From an uncultured delta proteobacterium (lineage in GTDB: Bacteria > Myxococcota > Myxococcia > Myxococcales > Myxococcaceae), in contig CAVQKE010000004.1 of NCBI GenBank assembly GCA_963713045.1, positions 256,001 to 320,000 on the forward strand: DNA of 64,000 bases. The letters run 5' to 3'. Every line of letters begins with the position of its first letter. The stretch's first letter is position 1. The notes beneath the pieces were generated by a model. It searched no databases. It saw only the letters and a list, made by a program, of their open reading frames with translations, and was not told where the DNA came from. Position numbers and translations under genes: made by a program. Shown here in pieces: positions 38,548 to 48,412 of this stretch.

Positions 38548-39897
38548 ATGCGTTCCGTCCTCCCGTTCCTGCTTGCCGCCTCGACGCTGTCGGCGTGCAA
38601 TTGCAGCAGCACCGGCGCCGCTCCGCCGCCCACGCCCGTCACGCTCGTCTTCACCAACACCTCTTCCGCCGGCGTCTTCGTCGACGCCACCGACGCCACC
38701 TACGGGCTGGTCATCACTCCGCAGGGGTCGCCGGTGACGGCGCCGCCGTACTTCGAGGTGCTTCCGACGGCATGCACCTGTTTGAGCTGCGCCAACATTT
38801 GCGGGTCGGGAGGTTGCCCAGGCAACGTCTGCCAGCCCGAAGCGGCCGCCAACCCAATGCTGCAGCTCCTCGCTCCGGACGCGTCGGTGGAACGGCAGTG
38901 GTCGGGCGTCTACCTCAACCCCTCCCAGCAAACCTGCGGGCAGATTGGGGGGAGCCAGGCGTGCTTGCAGCAGACCAATGACACTCCCACAGACACCTTC
39001 ACCGCCCGCGTTTGCTATGCGAGCTCCGTCCCCGGCGGCGAGGCGGCCGATGCCGGCGTGCCATTCTCCGGCGCCCTGCCGAATGATGCTCTCGTGTGCG
39101 CCACCCAAGACTTTCAGCCCGAACAAGGGACGGTGTACCTGACGCCGCCGCCGCCGGTGTCCTGCAGTGACGGGGGCAGTTGCCCCAGTGGACAGCTGTG
39201 CTTCTCCGCCGTGTGCACCACTGGCTGTCCTTCCAATGACTTTCCCCCCTACGGCAACGGCTACGTCGTCAACATCAGCTCGCCCTCCGGCCCATTCTTC
39301 CTTCAGACGTCGGATGGCGGGAGCACCGTCTCCAGTGGCACGGGAGCGGTCACCGCGGTGGCCTACCAGAGCGGCACAACATTTCTCAGCTTTCTCACCG
39401 ACGGCGGCCTGTTTACTGGAAACATCAACTTCACCGTGCCCCAAGTCGGCACCAATTGCTGCTACGAGGCCTTTCATCCGCCGGAAACGCTGACTGTCAC
39501 CCTGACCGAGACGCCTCCTGGCAGTGGCAATCGCGGCCTCGTCCTCCGCGACGTCAACGGCCAGCTGCTGGAGGCGGTGGACATGGCCACCCCGACGCCC
39601 CTGCTCGACTCCTCGGACACCGCCCCCTTCACCGTCACCCCGTCCGCCACGCCTGCCGGCTGCGCCTCGGTGCAAATCGGCTGCAATGCGCTTTTTGCCG
39701 GCACCGCCTTCAGCACACCCGGGGGCTTGGCGCCACTCGTCCTGCCCGGGCAAGTCGTCGCCCTCGGCAGCTCGGGAGCCAACTTCGTCGTCCTCAATGT
39801 CACCAACACCAGCTATTTCCCGACGTCGACCGACCAAACAGCCTGCAATGGCCTCACCCCGCTGCAGCCCTACCTCATTCTCAACACCCGTCCGTAA
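38548..39897 (+). CDS. Hypothetical Cys-containing lipoprotein
   Basis: Lipobox LSAC, Ser/Thr/Pro/Cys-rich sequence with no Lys. GAGGG ribosome-binding site. Confidence 0.8.
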   Translation: MRSVLPFLLAASTLSACNCSSTGAAPPPTPVTLVFTNTSSAGVFVDATDATYGLVITPQGSPVTAPPYFEVLPTACTCLSCANICGSGGCPGNVCQPEAAANPMLQLLAPDASVERQWSGVYLNPSQQTCGQIGGSQACLQQTNDTPTDTFTARVCYASSVPGGEAADAGVPFSGALPNDALVCATQDFQPEQGTVYLTPPPPVSCSDGGSCPSGQLCFSAVCTTGCPSNDFPPYGNGYVVNISSPSGPFFLQTSDGGSTVSSGTGAVTAVAYQSGTTFLSFLTDGGLFTGNINFTVPQVGTNCCYEAFHPPETLTVTLTETPPGSGNRGLVLRDVNGQLLEAVDMATPTPLLDSSDTAPFTVTPSATPAGCASVQIGCNALFAGTAFSTPGGLAPLVLPGQVVALGSSGANFVVLNVTNTSYFPTSTDQTACNGLTPLQPYLILNTRP

Positions 39898-39936
39898 AGC
39901 GCCGCCGGCGGAGGCGTGGAAACCCTTCCCGCCTCC

Positions 39937-39966
39937 TTGACCCGCCGAGGCGGCGCTCCCTAAGGT
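39937..39966 (+). promoter_or_regulatory. Putative sigma70-type promoter for glyQS
   Basis: TTGACC-N18-TAAGGT, about 40 nt upstream of the glyQ ATG. Confidence 0.45.
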
Positions 39967-40008
39967 CCGCCGCCCCCGATGGTCCGCCCCGAGCGGACCG
40001 GCAAGCCC

Positions 40009-40983
40009 ATGTACTTTCAGGACCTCATTCTCGCGCTGCAGAAGCACTGGGCAGCCCAAGGGTGCGCCCTGCTTCAGCCCTATGACGTCGAGGTGGGAGC
40101 CGGCACCATGGCCCCGGCGACCTTTCTTCGAGCGCTTGGCCCAGAGCCTTGGAATGTCGCCTACGTCCAGCCCTCGCGACGGCCGGCCGACGGCCGCTTC
40201 GGGGAGAACCCGAACCGCCTCTTCCAACACCACCAATTCCAGGTGCTGCTCAAACCCTCACCGAAGAATGTGCAGGCCCTCTACCTCGACTCGCTGCAAG
40301 CCATCGCCATTGACCCCCTGGCCCACGACATTCGCTTTGTCGAGGACGACTGGGAGTCCCCGACGCTGGGGGCTTGGGGACTCGGTTGGGAAGTCTGGTG
40401 CGACGGGGAGGAAATTACGCAGTTTACCTACTTCCAGCAGTGCGGAGGCTTCGAGTGTCGTCCGGTATCCGCCGAGCTGACGTACGGGCTGGAACGCATT
40501 TGCCGGTATTTGCAGGGCGTTGACAGCGTGTACCAACTGGAGTGGGCGCGCGGGGTGCGCTACGGCGAGCTGTTCCACGCCAACGAAGTGGAGATGAGTG
40601 CCCATGCCTTTCGCGCAGCGGACGTGGCAATGCTGTTTACCCTCTTCGATGCCTATGAAAAGGAATGCCAGCGCTTGCTTCGCCAAGACTTGCCCCTGCC
40701 GGCGTATGACCAGGCCCTGAAGTGCAGTCACATCTTCAACCTGCTGGACGCGCGGCGCGCCATCTCTGTCACCGAGCGGCAGGCCTTCATCAAGCGCGTG
40801 CGCGACAACGCCCGAAGCTGCGCCGAGGGGTTTCTCCGTTCGCGAGAGCAGCTCGGCTACCCGCTGTTGAAGACGGCGTGGACGGTGGGAGAGCAGCCCC
40901 TGGCGCTGGAGGGGGCCCCGGCCTCGGCTTACTGGAAGACGGTGTCTTTCCAAAAACAGGCGGAGCCCGAGCGCCATGGCTGA
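40009..40983 (+). CDS. glyQ: Glycine--tRNA ligase alpha subunit
   Basis: Motifs [49 protein letters not shown] and ELTYGLER. Confidence 0.98.
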   Translation: MYFQDLILALQKHWAAQGCALLQPYDVEVGAGTMAPATFLRALGPEPWNVAYVQPSRRPADGRFGENPNRLFQHHQFQVLLKPSPKNVQALYLDSLQAIAIDPLAHDIRFVEDDWESPTLGAWGLGWEVWCDGEEITQFTYFQQCGGFECRPVSAELTYGLERICRYLQGVDSVYQLEWARGVRYGELFHANEVEMSAHAFRAADVAMLFTLFDAYEKECQRLLRQDLPLPAYDQALKCSHIFNLLDARRAISVTERQAFIKRVRDNARSCAEGFLRSREQLGYPLLKTAWTVGEQPLALEGAPASAYWKTVSFQKQAEPERHG

Positions 40984-43075
40984 ACGCCTTCTCTTGGAAA
41001 TCGGCACCGAGGAGCTTCCGGCGACCTTCGTCGTCCCAGCGCTGGAGCAACTCGAGCGTTCGCTGAAGGAGCGACTGGCGGTGGCCCGACTGAGCCACGG
41101 GCCCCTACGGCCGCTCGGGACGCCGCGGCGGCTGGCGGTCTCGGTGGAGAGCGTCGCCCACCGCAGCCCGGACGTCCGCCGTCAAGTCCTCGGTCCCCCG
41201 GTGAAGGCGGCCTTCGCGGCCGATGGCACGCCCACCCGGGCGGCGGAGAAATTTGCGCAGGGCCACCGACGGCCGCTGGCCGACTTGCAACGTGTACAGA
41301 CGCCCAAGGGCGAATACCTGGCGGTGGAGGTGGAAGAGAAGGGCCGGCCGGCCGAGGAGCTGCTTCCCGAGGCCCTCTCCCAGGTGGTCCACGGCCTGAC
41401 CTTCCAAAAGTCGATGCGCTGGGGCGACACAGAGCAGTCCTTCGCCCGACCCGTCCAGTGGTTGGTGGCACTGTACGGCGAGGCCATTGTCCCCTTCGTC
41501 TTTGCTGACGTGCGAAGCGGTCGCGAGACGCATGGCCATCGCTTCCTGGCTCCGGGGCCAATTGCACTCCACGACGCCTCCCAGCATGCCGCCGCCCTCG
41601 AGCGGGCTCACGTGGTGGCTGACGTCGCAGCCCGAAGCTCGCAGCTGCACCGCGCCGTTCGAGAGGCAGCCCACCGGGCCGGTGGCGTCCTGCGCGAGGA
41701 CGAGGCCCTGCTCGACGAGGTGACGCAGCTGGTGGAGCTGCCCTGTCCAGTGGTGGGAGCCTTCGAGGAGCGACACCTGGACCTCCCCGCGGAAGTCCTC
41801 GTCCAGGAGATGCGAGCCCACCAGCGCTACTTCTCCGTGCTGGATGCCCAAGGCAAGCTTCTGCCTCGCTTCATCGCCGTGTCGAATACCCCGGTGCGCG
41901 ACGAGGCGCTGTCGCGCCGTGGCTATGAGCGGGTCCTCAGTGCTCGTCTCGCCGACGGGCGGTTCTTCTTTGACCAGGACCGGAAAACTGCCCTGGTGGC
42001 GCGCGTGCCCGAGCTCTCCCGGGTGGTGTGGCAGGGACAGCTCGGCAGCTATGGGGAAAAGGTGGAACGGATGCGCGCGCTCTCGGTGTGGCTCGCGCAG
42101 CAGGTGGGGCTGGAGCGGCTGGGGCCCATCGTCGACCGGGCCGCGCTCTTGGCCAAGGCCGACCTCGTCACCGGAATGGTGGGAGAGTTTCCCGAGCTTC
42201 AGGGGGTGATGGGGCGCGAATACGCGCTCGCCAGCGGAGAGCCGCCCGAGGTGGCCCTGGCCATCGCCGAGCACTACCTCCCGCGCGGACCGAGCGACCC
42301 ACTGCCCCGCCAGGACCCCGGGGCGCTGGTGGGCCTGGCCGACCGACTGGACAGCCTGGCCGGCCTCTTCGCCTTGGGTAAGCAGCCCAGCGCCTCTGCC
42401 GACCCCTTCGGCCTGCGCCGGGCATGCCTCGGCGTGATTCGCCTTATTCTCGGGCGTGGATTTCGGCTGCACCTCGGCCGAGCGCTGGACGAAGCCCTGC
42501 GGCTGTTGCTTCCCAAACTTCCCCATGCCAATCCGGCCGCGGCCCGAGCCGAGTTGCTCGAGTTTTTCCGCGGGCGGCTCCGGGCGCTGTGGACGGAAAG
42601 CGTCCGAGCTGACGTGGTGGAGGCGGTTCTGTCGGCCGGCTTCGATGACCTGCGAGGGGCCGAAGCGCGCCTGCAGGCCCTGGCGGCACTGGTGCCGACG
42701 GCCGAATTTCTCCCGTTGGCCGAGTCGGTGAAGCGGGCGGTGAATCTTGTCGAGAAGCAGGGCAATGACGTCCAGGGCGACAGCGTCGAGGAGCCGCTCT
42801 TCGAACAGCCGGCTGAGCGGGCGCTTTACCAACGGACCCGGCTGGCCGAGGGGCAGGTGACGGCTGCGCTCGCGGCGGAGGACGTCCGCGGGGCACTGGC
42901 CGCCGCGGCCTCGCTGCAAGGGCCGGTTGCGGCCTTCTTCGAAACGGTTCGAGTCATGGCCGAAGACCGCGCAGTGCGGGAAAACAGAATCCGCCTGCTG
43001 CGGCAAGTGGCCCGGGTGTTTGCCCCGCTGGCGGACTTCTCACGCATTCAGCTGGATGCCGGAGCTGCCCAGTGA
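40976..43075 (+). CDS. glyS: Glycine--tRNA ligase beta subunit
   Basis: Motifs [44 protein letters not shown] and DPFGLRR. Confidence 0.98.
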   Translation: MAERLLLEIGTEELPATFVVPALEQLERSLKERLAVARLSHGPLRPLGTPRRLAVSVESVAHRSPDVRRQVLGPPVKAAFAADGTPTRAAEKFAQGHRRPLADLQRVQTPKGEYLAVEVEEKGRPAEELLPEALSQVVHGLTFQKSMRWGDTEQSFARPVQWLVALYGEAIVPFVFADVRSGRETHGHRFLAPGPIALHDASQHAAALERAHVVADVAARSSQLHRAVREAAHRAGGVLREDEALLDEVTQLVELPCPVVGAFEERHLDLPAEVLVQEMRAHQRYFSVLDAQGKLLPRFIAVSNTPVRDEALSRRGYERVLSARLADGRFFFDQDRKTALVARVPELSRVVWQGQLGSYGEKVERMRALSVWLAQQVGLERLGPIVDRAALLAKADLVTGMVGEFPELQGVMGREYALASGEPPEVALAIAEHYLPRGPSDPLPRQDPGALVGLADRLDSLAGLFALGKQPSASADPFGLRRACLGVIRLILGRGFRLHLGRALDEALRLLLPKLPHANPAAARAELLEFFRGRLRALWTESVRADVVEAVLSAGFDDLRGAEARLQALAALVPTAEFLPLAESVKRAVNLVEKQGNDVQGDSVEEPLFEQPAERALYQRTRLAEGQVTAALAAEDVRGALAAAASLQGPVAAFFETVRVMAEDRAVRENRIRLLRQVARVFAPLADFSRIQLDAGAAQ

Positions 43076-43545
43076 CGACGGTGCTGGTCACTCTGGCGCT
43101 GCTCGCCGCCGGTTCAGCGCCGGTCCCCTTGGAGCCGGAAATCGACAGCCAGACGCGCGAGGACGACGAGCTACCCCCCTCTTCCTACATTCCCTACACA
43201 CCGCACTTCAGTGGGAAAAAAGTTGCCGGCGCCAGCTGCCTTCAGGCCGACGCCGCAGCTTCGGTGAAGGCCAGCTTGAATCAGGCGCAGCTGCTGACCC
43301 AAAGCACAGACTCCAAGCAGCTCCAGCAAGCCGTCTTGAAGCTGAAGCACGTGCTGGCGGTGGAGCCGCGCACCGGTTGGGCCTACCTCACCCTAGGGAG
43401 CGCCTACGCCAAGCTGGGCGACGCACCCGCCGGTGCCCAGGCCTACGAGACCTTTCTTCTGTCCTGCCGTAGCGCGCCCAACACCGACCGGGTGCAGCGC
43501 ATTTTGGTCGACTACTGGCGGAAGACCGGAGGAAAGGCGCCGTGA
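43072..43545 (+). CDS. Secreted TPR-like protein
   Basis: Signal-like N-terminus and a TPR-type helix pair (EPRTGWAYLTLGSAYAKLGD...AYETFL). Confidence 0.65.
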   Translation: MTTVLVTLALLAAGSAPVPLEPEIDSQTREDDELPPSSYIPYTPHFSGKKVAGASCLQADAAASVKASLNQAQLLTQSTDSKQLQQAVLKLKHVLAVEPRTGWAYLTLGSAYAKLGDAPAGAQAYETFLLSCRSAPNTDRVQRILVDYWRKTGGKAP

Positions 43546-43622
43546 CGGGAAGAGCGACGGGCAGGCGGACGTTCGAATGCCGCTTGCCGCCGCCGGACGG
43601 CCTTTCCTAGGATGCGCGCCCC

Positions 43623-45032
43623 TTGAAATACCGAGTCCCGCTGCTCGCCTGCCTGCTGGCTGTGTCGTGCGCGCAGTACCCGTCCGCCAACCCATCGCCG
43701 TCCACCCGTTTCTACTTTCCCACCGGTCTCTCCTTTTTTCTGCCTCCGGGCGCGACCAGTGGGATTCTCTACGTCGCCTCGGGCAACTACGACCGTCGCT
43801 ACGACCAAGGAAACCTGCTGGCGGTGAACCTGGACCGCGTCGTCGCTCCTGCCGACGGCGGCCAGCCGATGCTGGTTGGACTTCCTCCCCCCGGGGCCCT
43901 GGACGTCGGGGACACCTCGCCGGCCTACCAATTCACCGACTTGGCGACCGTCCCGGGCGATGACGTGCAAATCCAGAGCTTCGCCGGTGAGATGCTTCGC
44001 GACCCGGTCGGCTACGGGGGCCGTCCGCGCCTGTGGGTTGCTACCCGGGCAGAAGGAGACTTGCTGGAGGGAGTTTCCAGCGACCCCAGCGGCGAAGGAC
44101 TGGTCTGCGTGCCTGCCGGAAACAACTGCGTCTTCAGCGGCTTGTCCGTGGCCGTCGAACAGGACGCACAGGGCGGCGCCGGCCTGCCGGCCGCCCCCCA
44201 GCCCTACGGCCTCGGGCTGTCCGTCGACGACGGCCTGGTGCCTGGAGAGCTCTGGGTGACGCACATCCGGCCGGCCGACTCGCCACCCACCAGCGGCTAC
44301 AACTTGGACAACTACGTCGTGCACCTCGACGCCCGGGCCGCGATTCCGACCGTCAATGTCCCGGACGCCTTCACCTCCATCGGACTGGGCAATGGCAACA
44401 GCGTCTTCGTGGGACGCAACAACGTTTGGATTTCCGGGCGCGCGCAACTCACCCTGACGGCGCTCGACGTGCTGATGCGCCTGGTCGACCGCTACACGCT
44501 TGAAACCTACTTTCCCCAACTCGCGCTGCAGTACGGCAACTCCCAGGCCCGGGGACTGGCCGTTCGAGCCGATGAGTCCCGCATCTACCTGGTGGGAAAC
44601 ATTCCGGACACCTTGATGGTGGTGGATGTGGACCAGCCCTACAGCCAGTACCCGACGCTCACCGTGGTGCGTTCGGTGCCCCTGCCCGGAGGCCCGAACG
44701 CAGCCCGCCTCATTGAACGTCCGGGCGAAGGCGACGTGGTGGTCATCACCTGCCAAAACGACGGCTCACTGGCGGTCTACGACGACGACATCGGCCAGCT
44801 GGCCACCGTCGTCACCGGGGTAGGCATCGCCCCTTACGACGTGGTCGTCGACCCGCGTGGAAACACGGCGCGCTTCTTCGTCTCGAATTTCGACGACGGC
44901 CGGGTTGGCGTCATCGATGCGACGCTGAGCCAGAACGGCCAGCCCACCACCGCACGCATCGTGGCCTACCTCGGCCAGCAGCAAGGCTGCATCCTGGTCA
45001 CCAACGACTCCAACTGCGTGGGCTCAGATTGA
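43623..45032 (+). CDS. Lipoprotein, probable beta-propeller (YncE/YVTN-like)
   Basis: Lipobox AVSC after a TTG start, plus FYFPTGL, LYVASGNYD and PYDVVVD..RFFVSNF..G.VGVID blades. Confidence 0.75.
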   Translation: MKYRVPLLACLLAVSCAQYPSANPSPSTRFYFPTGLSFFLPPGATSGILYVASGNYDRRYDQGNLLAVNLDRVVAPADGGQPMLVGLPPPGALDVGDTSPAYQFTDLATVPGDDVQIQSFAGEMLRDPVGYGGRPRLWVATRAEGDLLEGVSSDPSGEGLVCVPAGNNCVFSGLSVAVEQDAQGGAGLPAAPQPYGLGLSVDDGLVPGELWVTHIRPADSPPTSGYNLDNYVVHLDARAAIPTVNVPDAFTSIGLGNGNSVFVGRNNVWISGRAQLTLTALDVLMRLVDRYTLETYFPQLALQYGNSQARGLAVRADESRIYLVGNIPDTLMVVDVDQPYSQYPTLTVVRSVPLPGGPNAARLIERPGEGDVVVITCQNDGSLAVYDDDIGQLATVVTGVGIAPYDVVVDPRGNTARFFVSNFDDGRVGVIDATLSQNGQPTTARIVAYLGQQQGCILVTNDSNCVGSD

Positions 45033-47659
45033 AGCCCTCGCAGCATCTACCCCTGTGGGCCCTCGTCCTGCTGGCGGTGGGTTGCAGTCAGCCGGTGCTC
45101 CCCGGCGCCGCAGGCCTGAACGGCGTCAACACCCTGGCGGTGGTGCGGGTTGCCGGTTTGGACGGTGGGACGGTGGTCGACGCCCTCTACGGCCAGACGG
45201 CCTTCATCACCTCCAGCAACACCAACGACTTGAAGGCGCTGGACCTCATCGTCACCGACCCCAGCCAAGTGCGGGGTTACGTCCCCGCGCCCAACCCCCT
45301 GCAGCCAATCTCCATCCCGACGGTGGATTATCCAGTGGAGCTCGCGCCCAGCGTTCGCTACGGGCAAATCGCCACGACCCAGCCGGTTTTTCCAACTGGC
45401 TTCATGGATGGGCAGCTGTTGACCGGCATGTTGATGTTTGTGCGCGGCTCGGCGAGCCCCAACATTTCGGTGGTGGGGGTCGCCAACGTTCCGGAGAGCC
45501 TTCGGACGTTGACCAACGGGGTGTTGGTCCAAAGCGCTGGGCCGGTCACCGCCATCTCCGCCCGGCTCACCAGCAGCGAGCAGAATGCGGTGCTGTACTA
45601 CGCAACCTTTGACGGGCAGAACGCCACCATCTGGGAACGGGTGCTGCAGCATCCGCCGACCATCAGCCCCAGCTTCAGCCCGCCGTTTCCAACGTCGCTC
45701 ACCAACCTCTTCGACTGCAGTGGGCCGCCGCCCAACTTGCCCACCACGACGCTGTACATCTGCCCCCCCCGTCCGGTGCGCACCTACCAGCAGGCGTCGG
45801 TGTCGGCCCTCCAGGTGCTGCCCACCTTGCCCAGCGACTTGCCGCTGCCGGTCCTCGGGGGGGTGGAGGGTGGCCGGCTGGCGGTGGCGTTGCGTGACCT
45901 CGTGCCACCGTTGAACGACCCCTTGCTTTCCAATGTGGGGGAGGTGCGCATCATCAATCCGGCGGTGGCGGAAGACCTTGACGCGGAGGGCACGTCCTCG
46001 GACCCCCTCTTCCGAATCGTCCGCTACTTTGCCCCCTTCGAAGTCCAGCCGCCGGTCATCTCCAATGCGCCCCCCCAGCCGCCCATCCGTCAATTGATGA
46101 CGCACCCCCGGGCCTACAACGTGCTTCCCGACGGCGGGACTCCCCTGAACCCCGACGGCAGTCCGCCGGTGCTGGCCTATGAAGGGGCGCGTCTCTTCGG
46201 CGTGCTGGACGAATCCTCCTGCTTCGGCTCCTCCATCTGCAGCGGCATCATCGCCGTCGACGCGCTGCCCTTTCTCGCCGACGGAGGCATCAATTCCAAC
46301 TACGGGCTACTGGCCTTCGACAGCTCGGACTGTCTGGTGGGACCGGCCGGTGAGCAGTACTGCACCAACGAGGTCGGCGCCACCAACCGGATGGTTGCCA
46401 TGCGACCGGGGAGCCCGGCGAGCCCGCCCTGTCCGTCGTGCAGCGGCGGCACCGGCATCATCCAAGGCATTGGCATCGAGTCGTCGGTGTCCTTTCCGGC
46501 CCCCACCTCTTTGAATGAGGGCCTGATTCCGTTGCTGGGGACGGTCACCGTCTCTTCGCAGAGTCTTGACCACACCGCACCGCAAATTTACTTCTTCGAC
46601 GCAGTCGGGCTGCGCATTCTCAATGAGCAGGCGACTCCAGGAATCCTCTACGGCGTCACGCTGGTGTCGGGCCCCATTCAGGCTGTCATCGACGGCGGCA
46701 ACGGCGGACTCACCCCCTACGTGACGGCCAATGTCGGGGTGGGCCTCTACCCGTACACGGAAACCGTCCAAATCATCAACCAGGGCAACATTCCCGGCCT
46801 TTCGTACATTCTGCAGCTGCCCTCCGACGGCGGGTTGGGCGAAGACGGAGGGTTTCTGCCAGTTCTGACGTGGCCCGTGCCAGACGCCGGTGCGACGGTT
46901 GCCGCGTCGGCCGTCGAAGTCAATGACCGCCTCTATCCCATCAATCTGTCTGGGACCCTGTGCCTCGTGGCCAACGGCTTGGTGACGCCTTACTTCAGCG
47001 TGCTGGGCGTCGACGACGGCGGGGCGAACATCTTCACCACCAGCAGCTATGTCCTCGGTCCGGCCGACGCGGGCGTCGTCTATACGCTGAACGACTGCCC
47101 GGGCGCGTCGGGCTACATCATCACCGCCGGCTTCGGGACGGATTTGCCCCTTTTGGTGGAGGGAAGCATCTCGGGGCTCCTCGGCAGAATGACGTCCGGG
47201 CCCGCCGACGGCGGCCCTCCCCCCATCTTCCAGGTCCCCAACGCGGTGACCGAAGCGCGCGGGCTCAGCTATCCGCGCTACTTCAATCCCAACGTCGACG
47301 CCGGCGTCGTCATCGACAATGACGCCGGAACGGTGGGAGGCGTCCCGACGCTGCCCCTCACCCTGCAGCTTCCCTACCAGGACCCTGCCTCCGACTATTT
47401 TTACTACGTCGGCTCCTATTACCTCTTCGTTCTGTCCTCCGGCGTGATTGAGGCCGCGGCGCCCTTGGACGCGGTGGGACTGGGCTACGCCGGGCTCTTC
47501 CTCCCCGGCGGCGTGGCTTCGACCCGGGTGATTGATGCTTTGGGGGAGAATACCGTCGACATCATCGCGTACCCCTCCTCCAACACCGTCATCGACTTTG
47601 TGCCGAACAACATTCTGCTCAACCTGCCGAACTCGGCCGCCATCACCGTGCACTTCTGA
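45029..47659 (+). CDS. Large hypothetical lipoprotein with recurring D-[AG]-G motifs
   Basis: Lipobox AVGC. The TTG start overlaps the upstream TGA. 876 aa, Pro/Gly/Val-rich. Confidence 0.8.
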   Translation: MKPSQHLPLWALVLLAVGCSQPVLPGAAGLNGVNTLAVVRVAGLDGGTVVDALYGQTAFITSSNTNDLKALDLIVTDPSQVRGYVPAPNPLQPISIPTVDYPVELAPSVRYGQIATTQPVFPTGFMDGQLLTGMLMFVRGSASPNISVVGVANVPESLRTLTNGVLVQSAGPVTAISARLTSSEQNAVLYYATFDGQNATIWERVLQHPPTISPSFSPPFPTSLTNLFDCSGPPPNLPTTTLYICPPRPVRTYQQASVSALQVLPTLPSDLPLPVLGGVEGGRLAVALRDLVPPLNDPLLSNVGEVRIINPAVAEDLDAEGTSSDPLFRIVRYFAPFEVQPPVISNAPPQPPIRQLMTHPRAYNVLPDGGTPLNPDGSPPVLAYEGARLFGVLDESSCFGSSICSGIIAVDALPFLADGGINSNYGLLAFDSSDCLVGPAGEQYCTNEVGATNRMVAMRPGSPASPPCPSCSGGTGIIQGIGIESSVSFPAPTSLNEGLIPLLGTVTVSSQSLDHTAPQIYFFDAVGLRILNEQATPGILYGVTLVSGPIQAVIDGGNGGLTPYVTANVGVGLYPYTETVQIINQGNIPGLSYILQLPSDGGLGEDGGFLPVLTWPVPDAGATVAASAVEVNDRLYPINLSGTLCLVANGLVTPYFSVLGVDDGGANIFTTSSYVLGPADAGVVYTLNDCPGASGYIITAGFGTDLPLLVEGSISGLLGRMTSGPADGGPPPIFQVPNAVTEARGLSYPRYFNPNVDAGVVIDNDAGTVGGVPTLPLTLQLPYQDPASDYFYYVGSYYLFVLSSGVIEAAAPLDAVGLGYAGLFLPGGVASTRVIDALGENTVDIIAYPSSNTVIDFVPNNILLNLPNSAAITVHF

Positions 47660-47714
47660 CCCGCCGGCGCTGGCTTCTTGGTAGCCTTTCGACAGGAGAA
47701 GTCGAGGCGCCGCT

Positions 47715-48371
47715 ATGACCGACCGGAATGCTCCTTTGACTCGCGCGGTGGCCATTCCCGACCACCTCTGGAAGCTCTTCGAGGAAATGGCCGAGAAGAT
47801 GGGGGCCAGCCGCGACGGCCTGGTGTGCCAGGCGATGTTCATCTTCGCCCGGGTCAACGGCTTCATCGATGGAGCGGGACTCCATCCAGTCCCCTCCGGC
47901 GCCACCCTCGCCCTGGGAGCCGCCACGCCCAGTGGATTCGGGCCGCCCGGCTCGGCCGAGCCCACGGGGCCGATGGCCACCAGTTCCCCGCCGGCAGCCC
48001 CGCCCGCCGACGAAACAGCCGCCCTCAGTGCGCGGACCCTGGAACGGGTCGAACGGGCGGCCACCGATGAGCGGTCCGAACGGGAGGACGTCGGGCAACT
48101 CTACGTCCTGGCCGAGAGTGGAAGTCTGGACCGCGTCGCCAAGGACCGCTTCGTCATCGGGCGCGGCAAGCACTGCGACTTTGTCATCCACTCCGGTAAA
48201 GTCAGCCGCGAGCACGCGGTGGTGGTGCGGGAGGGGACCGAGTGGTTCATCGAGGACCTCGGCTCGTCCAACGGCACTTGGTTCAACAAGCAACGGGTGA
48301 AGCGCCGCCGTGTCGAGGACGGGGACGAGTATTACATCTGCAACGAGAAGATTAAATTCGTCCTGCGCTGA
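47715..48371 (+). CDS. FHA domain protein with an N-terminal ribbon-helix-helix-like segment
   Basis: C-terminal FHA motifs FVIGRG, VSREHA and DLGSSNGTW. N-terminal AVAIPDHLWKLFEEMAEKMGASRDGLV. Confidence 0.88.
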   Translation: MTDRNAPLTRAVAIPDHLWKLFEEMAEKMGASRDGLVCQAMFIFARVNGFIDGAGLHPVPSGATLALGAATPSGFGPPGSAEPTGPMATSSPPAAPPADETAALSARTLERVERAATDERSEREDVGQLYVLAESGSLDRVAKDRFVIGRGKHCDFVIHSGKVSREHAVVVREGTEWFIEDLGSSNGTWFNKQRVKRRRVEDGDEYYICNEKIKFVLR

Positions 48372-48412
48372 GAAGGGGCCCCCAGGCCCCCCCAAGCAGC
48401 GCCCACAACCCC

